DNA of 64,000 nucleotides from Lama glama (Eukaryota), in the NCBI GenBank assembly GCA_028534125.1, contig CM052832.1:14944001-15008000 (forward strand), written 5' to 3'. The notes below the pieces were generated by a model that saw nothing but the letters and a program-made list of their open reading frames with translations, ran no database searches and had not been told where the DNA came from. Shown piece after piece: positions 26,439-40,070 of the stretch (position 1 is its first letter; every line of letters begins with the position of its first letter). The position numbers were made by a program, and so were the translations under genes.

Positions 26439-27523
26439 TGACTTTTAGAAGAGGAATTTAACTGTTTAATTTTTCAAGGTTTTTTGTTGTTGTTGTTGTT
26501 ATTTTTTTTAATTTGGGGTGTTTCTCAAGTGGAGAGCCTCACAATTTACTTTTTTGTTTTTGATGCTAGTGGCTAGGTAAGTTTCCCTGTCCTCTCTCTT
26601 TTCCCCAGTCATTGACTATAGTTATGTAGGGTACAGGAAGAGTTTATTAGCAACCTTCATAGTGCTCCCAGGACTCATGGCCTTCTCTTCTCGAAGCTGT
26701 ATTTCCATGCCAAGAAAGAAACAGGAAGAAACATATTTTCTTTTTTATTACCAAGCCAGGAGCAAATGGCCTCAGCTCAGATCTGGAGAAACAATGATAG
26801 AAATTGAATTCCTCCCTACATGTTGACAGTAGGGATTTGAACTGGATTCTTGGGATTATTATCTAAAAAACTGGAGCATCGAGCACTGTTTCTATCCTGC
26901 TGGTTTGGAATTTTTTCCGTAATGCTATTTATCGCTGACAACGGGCTCTCTCTTTGTGCGTACATGCCTTACACCGTGCTGAACTGGATATTGTCCTTGT
27001 GCTCTGAAGCATCCAACTGTACTTGGCAAGTGCAGCTGTACAGTCCTGTCCCTGTTCTGGGTAACCATGTTAAGTTCCTGAAAAGTACACAGGAGGAAAA
27101 TTCAGGCGTTTGCTTGTCTTTGTAATGTTACAGCATTTGTAATTGCACCATGGAGCATGCTCAGAAATACTAAATTTGTCTCCCACGGGGATGTGGAAGG
27201 TCCATCTTCCACTGAGAAGTGGTATGGGAGAATGCTTAATCATTTACTAGAACAGCTACGTAATGCATTGGCCCACTGCAAACTGTCTTGTTGGTTTTTG
27301 ATACAGATTTGATGCTGGCTTCATTTGCCAATTATGTTGTTTAGTTGGGAAGTAAGCAGAAAAGGGTCTTGAGACAGGAGGGGGAGGGTGAGGAGGGGGG
27401 CAGCACTGATCAGTCCCTGGCTTGGGACAGGAGTTTGTTGCTATACTCTTAGTGGCATCTCCTTTGTCAAAGCGTAGCCAAGATGTGAAATTAAAATTGT
27501 AGTTCTCTTTATTTAAAAATTCT

Positions 27524-27529
27524 AATAAA
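27524..27529 (+). terminator. Intermediate poly(A) signal candidate for NUDT3
   Basis: AATAAA in an AT-rich context with upstream TGTA and downstream pyrimidine-rich sequence. Confidence 0.45.
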
Positions 27530-30500
27530 TACTCAAACTTTGAAAAGCTTTTGCTCTTCCCTCCCTAAAAGAAATGTATGTATCTGGTAGGCCTGTGTCA
27601 TTTAGTGTTCATTTTGGCTGACATCAGTTGATGAACTTTAATTTTTTGCTCTCTGTTCTCAGTTTGCATCTTTTCTCCCAGTCTTGAAATATGGAGCCAA
27701 AAAGCAGTGCTGGCAGTTTCCTTAGGATACCGTTCTACCTCTGGGAAAGGAATTCTATCCCCAAGCAAGGATCCCAGTAGATAGAAAGCACCATGGGATT
27801 TGAGTCTAAATGCCAACTCACTGCACATGTCCTACTTAAAAACGAACACACTGCTGCTTATTGCCTGGTTTAGAGCATTCCAAGATTCTGTCCAAATAAG
27901 TAAAGGGGAAAATTAAATGAATTCAAGCACTAAACGGAATCCCCAAAACACATTCTTCCAAATAAATTCTACCTTTATGACGTGAATTGAAAGTGCTTTG
28001 CAGGAAAACAGTCAGTACTTCTGAAATAGGAACTGCAATGTTAGTAGTTTGTGTGTTTTTTTAATGAAGATACTTTCACTGGATGAGTGTAACAGTGCAC
28101 TACCCTACCACATCCAGTTTGGATAGTTGTTGGCGTCTTTGGATCAGGAAAGTGAACTGTGCCAAGAAGTATTTTTCAGTGACATGAATAGATCCCATTA
28201 ATGCACTTAACTGGGGAGATTGTGCTGATGCTTTCTTAACTGACAAAAGGAGACTTTGTCCAACACCAGAATTGTTGAAACTGGTGCCATGTTCTGTTAC
28301 ACTAGGATTCTGATGAGCAGCAATTGGTGTTTTTCCCTCCCTGGCGCCATAAACATCCTGGCTGTCTTTACTGATGTGTGGTCACAACCCTTTTGTGATA
28401 GATTACTCGGATGCAAGGTTGCAGTAACTTTGTATTTCCCCCAAAGAAAGCAAGGAGAAACAAAAGAAAGCACAAAGTTTACCCTACTTGCAGAATATTT
28501 CATTTGCCATTAACTCTGCAAGTATTCGGCTTTTTCAGGCTTGACAGAAACAGGTTCCTGTGTTCATGACAGATATAAAGTCTCTTCCTCACAGTAAATT
28601 TGCACGTCTTAGATTCTGGTTGTTACCAGAGTGTCCATCAGAATCCACCATACTCAGGATAGAGAAGGATAGCAATGGATTTTTTAAATTAAAATTTGTT
28701 CTTAGCTTATAAATTGCAGCCTCTGGGGAAGCATCAGTGAGACCATGCCATTTTTTTGGACCAGGACTGTGTGTGTGCATGCGTGTATGGAAGAGAAAGA
28801 GAAGGGCTACCTGGAATCTGCTGTGTTAGATTTTTTGGTAGTCTCTCAGAACTGTTCAGCCCATGAAACAGGAGTCTTGACTTTTCTCATAGCAAACCTA
28901 ACCAGATGGAAAAGTTAACGAACTGACTGTGTTTTATTTTTACAAGTGTCTGCTGCCCCATCTGCCCTGCATGGAGAGGGTTTCCTCACTGCTGAGTCTG
29001 AGCTGAGGCCATCTGGAGAGATCAAAGAGTGTGGGAGGATCACCCCCCCTCTGAGGCCAAGGAGGGCCTAGAAGGTGGCTTCACAGCAGGATTTCCGCCC
29101 TCCACACTGCAATGGGAGTGTGTGGAAAGGGAGGCACTTGAGGCCTTGCTTCCTGTAGCCTCTGGGGAGCAGAATGGGTCACTGCCCTCCGGGAGCGTTT
29201 GCAGTTTTGCAAACGTGTTGCCACATAGTCTCTGCCTTCATAGCAGAGAAATATTTTCTGTTTTGATGTTAGAAGTCAGCCCATGTAAAGTCTCTTAGAA
29301 GAAAAAAGTCACCTTTTGTTTTTAGAATTCTAGAAGGAATAGTTCCCCACAGAACTGTGCTTCCTCTTTCTCCTTCCCCTTTCTCTTCTCCACATATGGT
29401 GCTCGTTGAGGGCTCCTCCTAAACCTCTTCAACCAGAAGAGTAATCGGTCTTCTCTTGGACCTGGGTGTGTGTTGCACACATTATACTTAACATACTTGT
29501 CATTTCCATCTAGTGCTGTGTTAATGCCTTTGTTGGTTTCCCCAGCAGATCTGTTTTTAAAAAACAGCTTAGCCCAAGCCATATGTTTTTAGTTTATAAA
29601 AAAGACTTAATAACTACAATGTGATTTTTGCCACAACTGTGTGATTTTTATTTCTGAAATGTTCTCAAAGCCGTCCTACTTGAGAGTAGATATAGAATTA
29701 GAAGAAATACCTGGAAAAGCCTCCACAGTGGAATGAATTTTTGCTTTTAAGAGAAATAAGAGTTAGCTATAATTGATAGTATAGCTTCATCTTTGTCCCA
29801 ACTGCATTTCAGAAGATAATCCACATCTTTGCAGAAAAGTAGGAGACATGCAAGACAGTCAACTCAGGCAGCTCTGGGGAGAGGAGATAATTTACCAGTG
29901 ATTAAATAATGTAGATGATTCTTCTAGTTCTTATTCTTGAAGACTCAAGAGAGGTCAGACCTGAGGCCACACAGTGTGTTCTGCCCAGTTGGGGCGGCAG
30001 TCTTACCTTCTGAGCCCTGCTGGGATGGAACCTGTTTCCCCAAGTCTGTGGGAGACTTCCAGGTTGTGCAGCTATCACTGTTCGTGACCTCATCCTTGTT
30101 CCATCAAGGTACCCACCTCACTTGGAGTAGGTGGGAAAGCATCCCAGAGTCAGCCTCTGTGTTCTGGGGTGAGCCTTGCAGCAGATCGCACTGTCCAGAA
30201 AAGCTGTGTTTTCCATGTCGCCCTAGACTTCACCTAAAGCGCTGAGACATTTGAGATTTTCAGGTAAATTGTGAACTGCTAAGCACGGCTGCATTCTATA
30301 AAAGATACTGCATTGGGTGACTTGAGGTCACCTCAGGTCCTAGGAACCTGGAGATTTTAGGCAGACTCTCCTTTGAAGGCTAAAAGCCTTCCGCCCCTGC
30401 CTCTGAAAGGGCAGCTTCACATTTTGACAGTGTTTTTGCACTAGCTGATAACCTTTTAGGGGTGTGAGAAGCCTAATCAGGACATCTAAAAAAATACCTC

Positions 30501-33500
30501 TTTCCCTCAGATTAATCAAATAGTTTGTCCTCCTAACCCTTAAAAATTAATAAAAAGAAAGAAAGAATCTCATTTGGTGTTGATCTGAACTGAGACTAGT
30601 AGTCACATGATTTGATTTTATGTGTCTGCAACAGGAAGCGTTCTAAGTGAAAAAGGTGTCTCTCCCCTAAAGCTTTGTTTATAGTGATGATTTGGTGAGC
30701 GTGAGCTTGAGCTTGTCTTAGAAAGTGAGACTGTCCACCTGGCAAGGGGAGCACAAAGGGAAGCCACATTAACTCAGAATTCAGCACAGTGGAGGGACTC
30801 TGCTGAAGAAGGAGGTGCTTTTGGCTAAAAAAGCAAGATTAATACCTAGAAGGTGGCGAGTCACTGCTTCTGTTCCTCTAGCTATCAGTTGTTTAATTAA
30901 ATACTCTAGGTCTCCTTTGGTTTACATTCCCAGTTCTTAACCCCAAACAGGGGCCACTAGAACACCAAAAAAGGCATTTAAACCCCTGATACAAAGACAG
31001 CAATATTGCCATTTTTCCCAGATTCATCACCATTTGATGTGCCACCCATCGTTTCACCCCCACTGCAGCCAGGCCAGATGTGAAGATTCCCCAGATCGTT
31101 GAGTTGGCGGAACATAAATTCTGGTTCTGGAACAAATTACCTATTAAATTGCTTACAGTCTGTTTTCTGGGGGGTGCACCTTTCAGGGAGTATTTCAAGA
31201 ATAAAGTAAAATCACTCTTCTGGGCTTGGGGTCCCAGCCATGTATTTAGATCAAAATCTGAAGTCTTTGGAACTCCTTAGGAAAACAGCAAGATGCCTCA
31301 GTCCTGAAGCTGGGCCTTGAGATTGTACTCCCCTCTCTGTAGTGTGGAGTGGAGTGTCCTACCTTCAGGAAATCTTTTTTTCTAGTGAGATTGCCTATAA
31401 ATCTCTATGGGAAGTAATACTGATATGAGCCTGTCTCTCTGAATAATTTTGTGCTAAATTGAAAATGTTAACCTAAAGCAGCAATAGATCCGTGTCGCCT
31501 CTTTCACTTTGTCATTGTCCCATGGGGAGAAAAAGAAAAAAAAATAGCATTTCAGGGTTAAACCTTGGTCTGTGTCCTCTGTTGTGGAGAAAATATGTCA
31601 CTAGTAAGTGACTCAGAGAAGACACCTTGTTGTGGTTACTTGGTTCCAGCTGCATAACAGATAGGAGTTGTGTCAGGGAAGGTTGAGACTGACACCCAGA
31701 ACCAGAACAATGGGGCTGCTCCACTTAGAGCCTCCACAGGGGGCAGGTGGAAGTGAGGTCTTGGAGAGCTTCCAAAGCACTGAGGGGAGGGCAGGACTCA
31801 GCGAGCAGGTGGCTTGCATGCCTCTCAAGGACGTGAAGGATTCAGAAGGGAGCAGTAGGCATCTAGGCCGTGGTGCGCAGACACAAAACCTGCCCTTTTA
31901 CCTCCTCCCTTGTGACTGGGGCATTTTTCGCTCAGAATCCAAGGGGACACTCTCCTCCAAGATCTAATTTGCTTCAGGTATTTTGCTTATTTAGTCTCTG
32001 AGAACCTCATCCTTTGACTCACCCATGGTTGGACATAAATGTGCTGCTCAAAGCGCAAGTTCATGAGTGAGTCAAGGGCCCAGCAGTTACATAGTGTTGC
32101 AGTTCATAGTTAGAAGAACTGTTAGTCCACTCTGTTGTAAAAGAGATACAGGATGTGATGTAGTTTCATAAATGTCTGATCTGTTTTTATTGTTTCATGT
32201 TCTGAAAACTTTCAAACTGGTTTATAATCAAAGGAAAGGTTGATGGTTAGAATAAGTAAAGTGTCAGTGTATCTGCCAGTTTGCCATGTGTCTAAGGAAG
32301 TTAGGAGCATTTGAGGATGTTGGGAGCCATTGTAAAAGTAAAGCAGGTGTCTCTGGCCACCTAAGTGTATCAGAGAGAGGAGATGGAAGCCCATTAGTAG
32401 CATCTTTACACTTATTCTTGTGTAAAGAGCCCAGTGTATTTCAGGGTCCTTTCTCCCACCCTGTCGCCTCTTCAGGGTAGGGGATGGGCTCTGAGGAAGC
32501 ACAAGGCCCTAGTTCTGTTTGCTAAGCTGTAGGGTATGATCTCCAAACAGCAAAAGGCTTATTTGAGGGGTTTCCTCACCAAGATCACCTCCACTCCACT
32601 CATCTACCATCAGCATCAGAAGGGTTAAAATCCCTGGGGCCATTCCAGTTCTAAAACAGATGAACTAAGGGTGCTTCCTCCCCTGTCGCTAGTGTATCAC
32701 CCAGGTGCAGTTTCCCTTTGGCCAAGTTCAACAGGTATTTCCAGGGAAACCTTTGGATGGAGGCAAAGTAGCTAAGATGTATTGAGTTTAACTTTTTCTG
32801 AGAGACAGAAATCTTTGTCCCTTCCCCCTCGTGCCCATACATTTTAAATGAGGCTTAAATGGCCAAGTGTCCAGAACTGGGACAGAGAGCCAGGGGCCCA
32901 TGCACCAGGGACCAGACCCCTGGGGATCACACAGACTTAAACTAGACAGCTGTGATCCCAGCAGAACTGCTGCTGTCTCCTTCTGTCAGGACCACCCAGA
33001 AAAGCAAACAACTTAGCCTTGCCAGGGTTAGGTCACCTAGTCCCTCGATGACCATTCTACAGACTGATAAGGTATCACCTGGTCAGGCAAGGTGCTTTTT
33101 ATTTGTATTTGTAGAAAGTGGACAACCAGTGGGATGAGTACACATATCCTTGGAGAAGGTGTTAGAAATAACCCCAAATGAGCTAAAAAAAACTGGGGGA
33201 TCCGAGGAATGGCGCTTGTGTGGAAGGAGGGTTGGTTGTGGTCCTTTAACCTCTTGGGGCCTGGTGCTGCGTTGTGAAATGAGGGTTTGGAACAATGTCG
33301 CCCTTACCCCAATCCAGATGTGCTCGAGGACTTAGGAACTACCAACCCACAGGTGCGTGGACTTGTTTTCCATGTTTTAGTTTCTAAAACAGGCTTGGTT
33401 GATACTGCGTGGAAAATCAAGTTTTCCTTCCTGCCCACTTGGAGCCACCTGCCCAGGCCTGGCTTCTTCCCCATTCTCTCCCAGCACTTGTAAGGAAGGC

Positions 33501-34003
33501 CTTCAGAGTGCTCTTAGGAGCTAAGGGGAGTGGAATTGGTCCCGGGAAGGTGAAAGGACACTGTGTTTTCCTGTGTCCTTTTCTCAAGGAGAATGTTCTT
33601 AGGCTTCCTTCACACCTCTCTTTCCCATGGGTACAGTTGGGTTGTGGAGGAGGGCTGGAAAGAAAACCCAGGTATGGGTCCAAGACATGCATAGCAGATA
33701 AGAAAAAGTCCCACTTTCCCCTCTTTAATATAGGGCAGCCACATGTAACCATTCCCCTTACTAAAGCATCCCCTTATGTGGTGCCAGCAACAGAGGACAG
33801 ACAGACCCTTCTCCTGTAGTCTAGGTAGCGCTTTGGTACTCCCCCTGAAGTTTCACCACCCCATATCTCACTCCTTTTTGTAAAAACTAATGCTTAAACC
33901 TGTGAGTGTGCTATTCCTTTCTATATGTTAATCAGTTTCTTTCCACTTGAGCTGTGTGGGAGGGAAGGGCATTGGAATTGTAGGTTGTAATATTGTGCCA
34001 ACC

Positions 34004-34009
34004 AATAAA
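34004..34009 (+). terminator. Distal poly(A) signal candidate for NUDT3
   Basis: AATAAA preceded by two TGTA motifs; CA dinucleotides about 12-20 nt downstream, then GU/U-rich sequence; repeats resume shortly afterwards. Confidence 0.7.
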
Positions 34010-37000
34010 AGCCAATATTTCACACACATCCCTGCTTAATGTCTGGTCTCTTCTTTCTAGAAGTTTTCCTCAAGTCTTTTGCATCAGTTTTTTTTTTTTT
34101 AACCCCCACTTTCTGCTCGATTTTTAGGAGTTGCCCCAGAGGTCAAAGATAGCCCCGTGGAAGATTTGGCTGTTCAGGGAATTCAAAAGAGGAAAGAAGT
34201 GGAGAGGCCCAGGAAGGCAATGAGAGTCAGCGTTGTTTCTTCTGGCCAGCAATGCTGCCAGATGCCAGGGAGCCCCTGGCAGACACCAGTGCACAGTGCT
34301 GAGGAGGAGGCCTGTCCCTCAGCCAGAGAGGTTTCACTCGGAGCCCCCAGGGGCATGAGGGGACAGATGTGAGCCGCACTTAGGACAACAAGAGAACACA
34401 ATAGGAGGTAGCTTTCCTGTGTGGAAGCAGGAGTTGGGTGTGGTGGAGTCGGGAAGGGCTGGAGCACCATTTTGAAGATGTGCACTGGTGGGATTTGCAA
34501 GCAGAGAACAGAGCATCGTCAGTGGGAAAGCAACATTGTGAGCTGTGTCCCCCAGGCCGAAGGCAGGTGACAAGCATTTTGAAATGAATATGATAAAAAA
34601 TAAATCATGATGAGGCCAAATTCTGGAAAACCCCAAAAGCCAGGCCAAGGAGTTTGGCTGCATACACGTGAAGTGTGCTTGAACAAGGCAGTCATGTAAA
34701 ATCAGCCATGTTTGGAGAGGAGGCAGCAGGAGAAGTTGGAAAGGAGCTATCTGGAAGCTTGTGATATAGGCCATACAGACTCAGGGAGTGGACCTGGGAT
34801 GAAGAGACGGATAAAGAAGAATAAAAGGTGGTGTATCACAATCAGAAAAACATGTTCTCCACTGAGAGCAGCTGGCCTCTCTCGGACTCTGGTAGCATCA
34901 CCAGTAGCCAAGTTTTGAAAGCCAAGAAACCTGATGTGGTCAATGTACGCAAGAGTCAGTACCAGGAGAAGACTCATATGAACCTAACTCATACAAGAGT
35001 GAAGTGTCTGTTTCTGGATGACAGTTGGCTTGTCTATACGTTGATAAAGTTACCTGGTTAGTGCACCGGCTGTCTGTGTGGGTAGCCAAAAATAAGCACA
35101 AAGTTGGTTGCCTGATGATTTCATTCTGCCACAGGACAAATTTCCTATCAGCTGGTGAGGGCACCCTTTCCTCCTCAAACTGATTCTGCAGGCCTCCTTT
35201 ATCCTATGATGATCACCCTTCCTTCCTCTATTAAAGGATTCTTTCTTTTGCCAGATTTAATGTTGTGTTATGAGCAATAAGATTATAAATGCTGTTGTGA
35301 GTAATATACTCAGGAAACCACCAATGGCCATCTCTAAATGGGCTCTGGGGTTCCAGAAACTCCCCACTTGCCCATGTCAGATCATGGTGGGCTGTTCTGT
35401 AGGTGGCCCATGAGCATCATACTCCACTACAAGTTGGTTGTTCTTCATTCTCAGAGGGTAAATGCAAGCTTTGGATTATCTTGCTGAAGCCCAGTCTCCC
35501 AATAGTCTGCAGGACTTGTGGCAAGAGAGCGGGAGGGAAATCTCAAGAGGCCCCAAAACTGAGCATGAGTAACAGGAAATTAGCCCAAATTTATTATGTT
35601 ACTCTGAGGTGGCAGCCTTGACAATCCAAGCCAGACTGAGTTGGCAGAATTCCTGCTCAAACCCCAGTCATGCTGTCTCCCATCCTCTCTGCAGACCTGG
35701 TAATCATGCCCAAGAAAGCACTGTTGTTATAAATCATGAATTTGTTTGCTTTCTGGTTTCAGACACATTTGAGGTGTGAAAGTTCTGTTTTATCTTCTTG
35801 GTCTTGTGACACACAGCTAACATCTCAGCATATGCGGATGCAGCCATGAGGCTCCATGTTCTATGTCCTGAATTCCAGCAATGTGCTAAACTCAGGACGT
35901 GCAGTCCTCACAGAGACACCTGCTTGGATGACAGATGGCATGCAGTGGAAGAGATGACAGCCTGGGGAGGTAAGCCACTGGAGGTGGGGTGGGAGGGGCT
36001 GATGGATAGAGCCTGGACAGGAGGACCATGGAAGAGTGGGATGAGTAAGGGATTCAGAAAAGGGAGGGAGGAAGGACAGACTGCCTGCTCTAACAGAAGG
36101 TGTGAGCATTGGAATTATTCCAGAGTCCAGATCTCAGCTCAGCTTTTGACAAGTTGTGTCATCTTGAACAGGTTACCATCTAGGTTCCTTCCTATTCAGT
36201 GGGAGAGAAGTCTACTCTGTGGGGTTATGAGTGTTAAATAAGTGAAGGAGTGTATGTGATGCCAGAGTTGGTGTGTGATCATTACATGGCGGCTGGGAGT
36301 GAACACCTGTTTGGGAAATGTCAAGAGCTATGCTGAGTTCACTAAAGTCAACTCAAAACAGACACAAGTAATCACAATACAAAGTGACAAATGCAGTTAA
36401 AAAAATAATAAAAAGGTGGAGAGAGTGACTGACTCTTTCACAGAGGAACTACCATCTGAAAGGATTCGTGAGGGTGAAGGAATTCTCAGCCAAGGGACAG
36501 CATGTGCAAGGGTACTGTGCTTGGGTAACAGCGAGTTTGCTGGGGCTGGAACATGATAATGATAGTGGGGTGGGAGGAGAGAGATGCAGGAGGAGCCACA
36601 GGAAGGGTCAGCTGGGGTCAGGTGGCTATTTGAACTTTACTCTGCATGACTGAGAAGCCAACAAAGGTTTTAAAACAGCAGTGACTGCATCAGGTTGGGC
36701 ATTTGGGGAAGATGATACTACTACATACTGAGTGCTCCTTGGTTGTGTTCCAGGCCTTAATGGCAGGTGGAGTGTTCTCTGCTTTACATTTAGTCTTTGC
36801 CATCCTTGTGACATATAGGAACTTTGGTCATCACCTTTGTATGGTAAAGGAAATGGAGGCCTAGGGAAGCAAACGCCTTTTTAAAAGAATTGGACAAATT
36901 AATTCTAAAAATCATAGGGTACAATGCCAAGGTTGTCTAAGACAGTTTTGAAAAACTACAAGGAAAAACACGGGACTACAAGGGAAGGCTTGTATTCCAT

Positions 37001-38109
37001 GGGTATCAAGACTTAATATGAAGATACAATAACTGAAACAATGTGATAAAAGAGAATAGCTAGAGAGAAATGAATTAGGAAACTGAATAGAACAGGGGAC
37101 CAAAGAAACAGACCTATGCTTATGTGGGAATGTGGTAAGAGCCAGAGAAAGTACGCACCTGGGTGGGGAAAGGTTTGGTTCTTCAATGTGTGGTGTTGGA
37201 ACAATTGGCTAGCTAAATGAAAAAATAAATAAATAAAACTAGATTCCTACCTCACATCCTACAATGGAAATAAATTCTCCATGTGTAAGATAAGTCATAA
37301 AACTTTTAAAAGAAAATATAGAAGTTAAGCAATATATTCAAGGTCAGATAGGTAACAAATGGAAGAACTGTAGTCAAACCTAAGTGGTCTGACTCCAGAA
37401 CCTCCCCTCTTATCCACTCAGTAATATTCTTCCCTGGTCCCTTTAGAGTGTAAGCTGGACCAGAGCAAGCAGAAACTGAGGGCAGGGAGGTGGTGGATGA
37501 AGGCTGAATTTGCATCTGGTCCCCAAACACCTGATCTGAATGGTTGCTGGGGAGGCAGAAGGAGAGATGTCCTTGTGATATCACCATCGCTCAGTTAACA
37601 GGTTGGGCACTGAAGATGTACCAAGACACTGTCAGGTCCGTGTGAAAGATTCCATCAGGAACTCAGTGAACATTAATTGCGGGTATATGGGCAGTTGTGA
37701 CACTTGGGTAGCTGTGAAGAGGATAAAAATAAGACGACAGTGGTGAATCATTGCATGGTAGGGCTGGAAGGATTTTAGAGATCATCTAGTCCAATCCTCT
37801 CATTTTACAGATTGAGAAGTAGGCATAGTGAGAAGAGACTTTTCACCAGTATTCTAGTTTAGAACTCTGAGCAAAGAATACAGATCTCTGGCCATGCTGG
37901 AAGTAGCCAGCTCTTCTGGCTCAGTTGAGTGTTCTTTTCTGTATGTCCTATCTTTTTGTTCCTCAATCCTTCCAACACTGCCTCTTTTGTGTTTGATTTT
38001 TTTCCCTAGTGTACAATTTTTATTTTTATCTTCATTTCCTTTTCCATATATTTCCTACTTGTTTTCACAGTGGTTACCTTGAAGATTACAGTTAACATCT
38101 AAGATTAAC

Positions 38110-38632
38110 AGCTGATTTATCATCATAAACCATGGAGGCCTGGAACCAGTAGGTGATATATTTAAAGAACTGACAGAAAAGAAAAGAAAACAAAACACCT
38201 GTCAACCAATAATTCTATATCCAGAAAAACTGTCCTTCAAAATTAAGAAGTTCAGACATTCTCAGATAAACAAAAACTATCAGAATTTGCTACTATTAGA
38301 ACAGTCCTACAAGAAATGCTAAAGGGAGTCCTTCAGACTGAAACAAAAGACACTAGATGATAACTCAAAGCCATATAAAGAAAAAGATCACTGCTAAATA
38401 TAAAAGACAGTATTATATTTGGGATATGTAACTCCTCTTTTTTGTTTCTTACATGATTAAAAAGACATGCATAAAACAGTAATTATAAATCTGTTAACAT
38501 GTACACAATATATAAAGATGAATTTGTAACAATAACAGTGTAGAGGGGGCATGGAATTGGATAGGAGGCACTAATGTATATTATTAAAGCGAAGATGGTA
38601 TCAACCATCAATTCAACCTAGATTGGTATACC
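38110..38632 (+). mobile_element. LINE-1 ORF1 3' end and inter-ORF fragment
   Basis: TGTCAACCAATAATTCTATATCCAGAAAAACTGTCCTTCAAA encodes CQPIILYPEKLSFK, resembling the ORF1 motif PRILYPAKLSF. Confidence 0.78.
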
Positions 38633-40070
38633 TTTATCTATTTCTTCTTAAGCCTACTTTGGTAATTTGTGTCTTTCCATGTATTCTCCATTTCAACTAA
38701 GTTGTTGAATTTACTGTTCCTAATACTCCCTTATTATTCTTTTATTATCTGTAGACTCTGTTGGCATGTTACTTCTCTCGTTCCTAATATTGGTGATTTG
38801 TATTTTCTCTTTTTCCTCTGATCACTCTGGGTAGAGGTTTATAAGTTTTGTTGATGTTCTCAAGAAGCAGCTTTTGGTTTCACTGATTTTTCTGCTTTCT
38901 ATTTCATGGATTTCTGCATTGATTTTTGTTATTTTCTTCTGTATACTTTGGTTTCAGGTGGAAGCTGAGGTCATTGACATATCTTTCTTTTTTACAAATA
39001 GATATTTAGTGCTATAAATTTCTCTAATAGAATATTCCACAAATCCCAATATGTTACATACTTATTTTCATTCAATTCAAACTAATTCCTGATTATTCTT
39101 TGATCCAGAGAGGTGTGTTATTCATTTTCTAAATATTTGGCGATTTTCCAAGGACCTTTTTTCTTTCTGCTTTCTAATATAATTCCACTGTGATCAGAAA
39201 ACATACTTCATTTGACTTGAATCCTTTTTAATTTATTGAGGCTTGTTTTATGGCCCAGAATATAATCTATCTTGATAAATGTTCTATGTACACTTAAGAA
39301 TATGTATTTTACTACTGTTAGGTGGAATATCCTATGAATGTCAATCTACAGTATTCTATAAAAGTCAAGTTGGTTGATAGTGTTGTTCTAGACTACTATT
39401 TCCTAGCTGATTATTTGTCTGCTTGTTTTATCAACTATTGAGAGAGCAGTATTGAAATCTCTGACTAAAACTGTTTTTTTCTTTCAGTTCTATCAGTTTT
39501 TATTTAATATATTTTGAAGCCCTCTTTGAATTAATATTTGAATATGAACATTTAGGACATATGAACATTTAGGATTGTTATGTCCTCAATTAATTAGCCT
39601 CTGTCATTATGAACTGATCTTTTTTTAATCCTTGGTAATAATCTCTGTTCTGAAATCAAGTGTCTGATACTATAGTGCTCACAGCCTTGTTTTGAAACAT
39701 GGTGTATCTTTCCCATTCTTTTTGCTTTTACCCTATTAGAGTCTATATTCAAAGTACATTTCTTGGCAGCATATAATTGGGTCTTACTTTTTTATCCATT
39801 CTGACAATCTCCGCCTTTCAATTGGGTTGTTCAGACTATTTACATTTAATGTGATTATTGATATAGTTAGGTTTCCGTTTATCATCCTGTTTGTTTTCTA
39901 GTTGTCTCATCTGTTCTTTGTTTCTTTTTTTCTCTTTTTCTGCCTTCTTTTGAATTACTTGAGAATTTTTTTATCCCATTTTATCTCTTTTATTGGCTTA
40001 TCAGCTATAACAATGTTATATTATTAGTTGCTTTAGGGTTTATAGTACGTAGATTTAATTTACCACAGTT
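38633..40070 (-). mobile_element. LINE-1 ORF2 5' (endonuclease) fragment
   Basis: The minus strand near 39790-39865 reads SIITLNVNSLNNPIERRRLSEWIKK, resembling the start of L1 ORF2. Confidence 0.82.

Larger units (their letters stand above)
25915..34030 (+). other. NUDT3: Long NUDT3 3'UTR with several candidate poly(A) sites
   Basis: Follows the stop codon; no repeats I could recognise over about 8 kb; ends at AATAAA 34004-34009 followed by U-rich sequence. Human NUDT3 is known to have a long 3'UTR. Confidence 0.7.

Noticed and set aside
28096..30443. miR-130/301 and miR-19 seed matches in the NUDT3 3'UTR
   Set aside because: A few seed matches are expected by chance in 8 kb, and I cannot assess conservation here.
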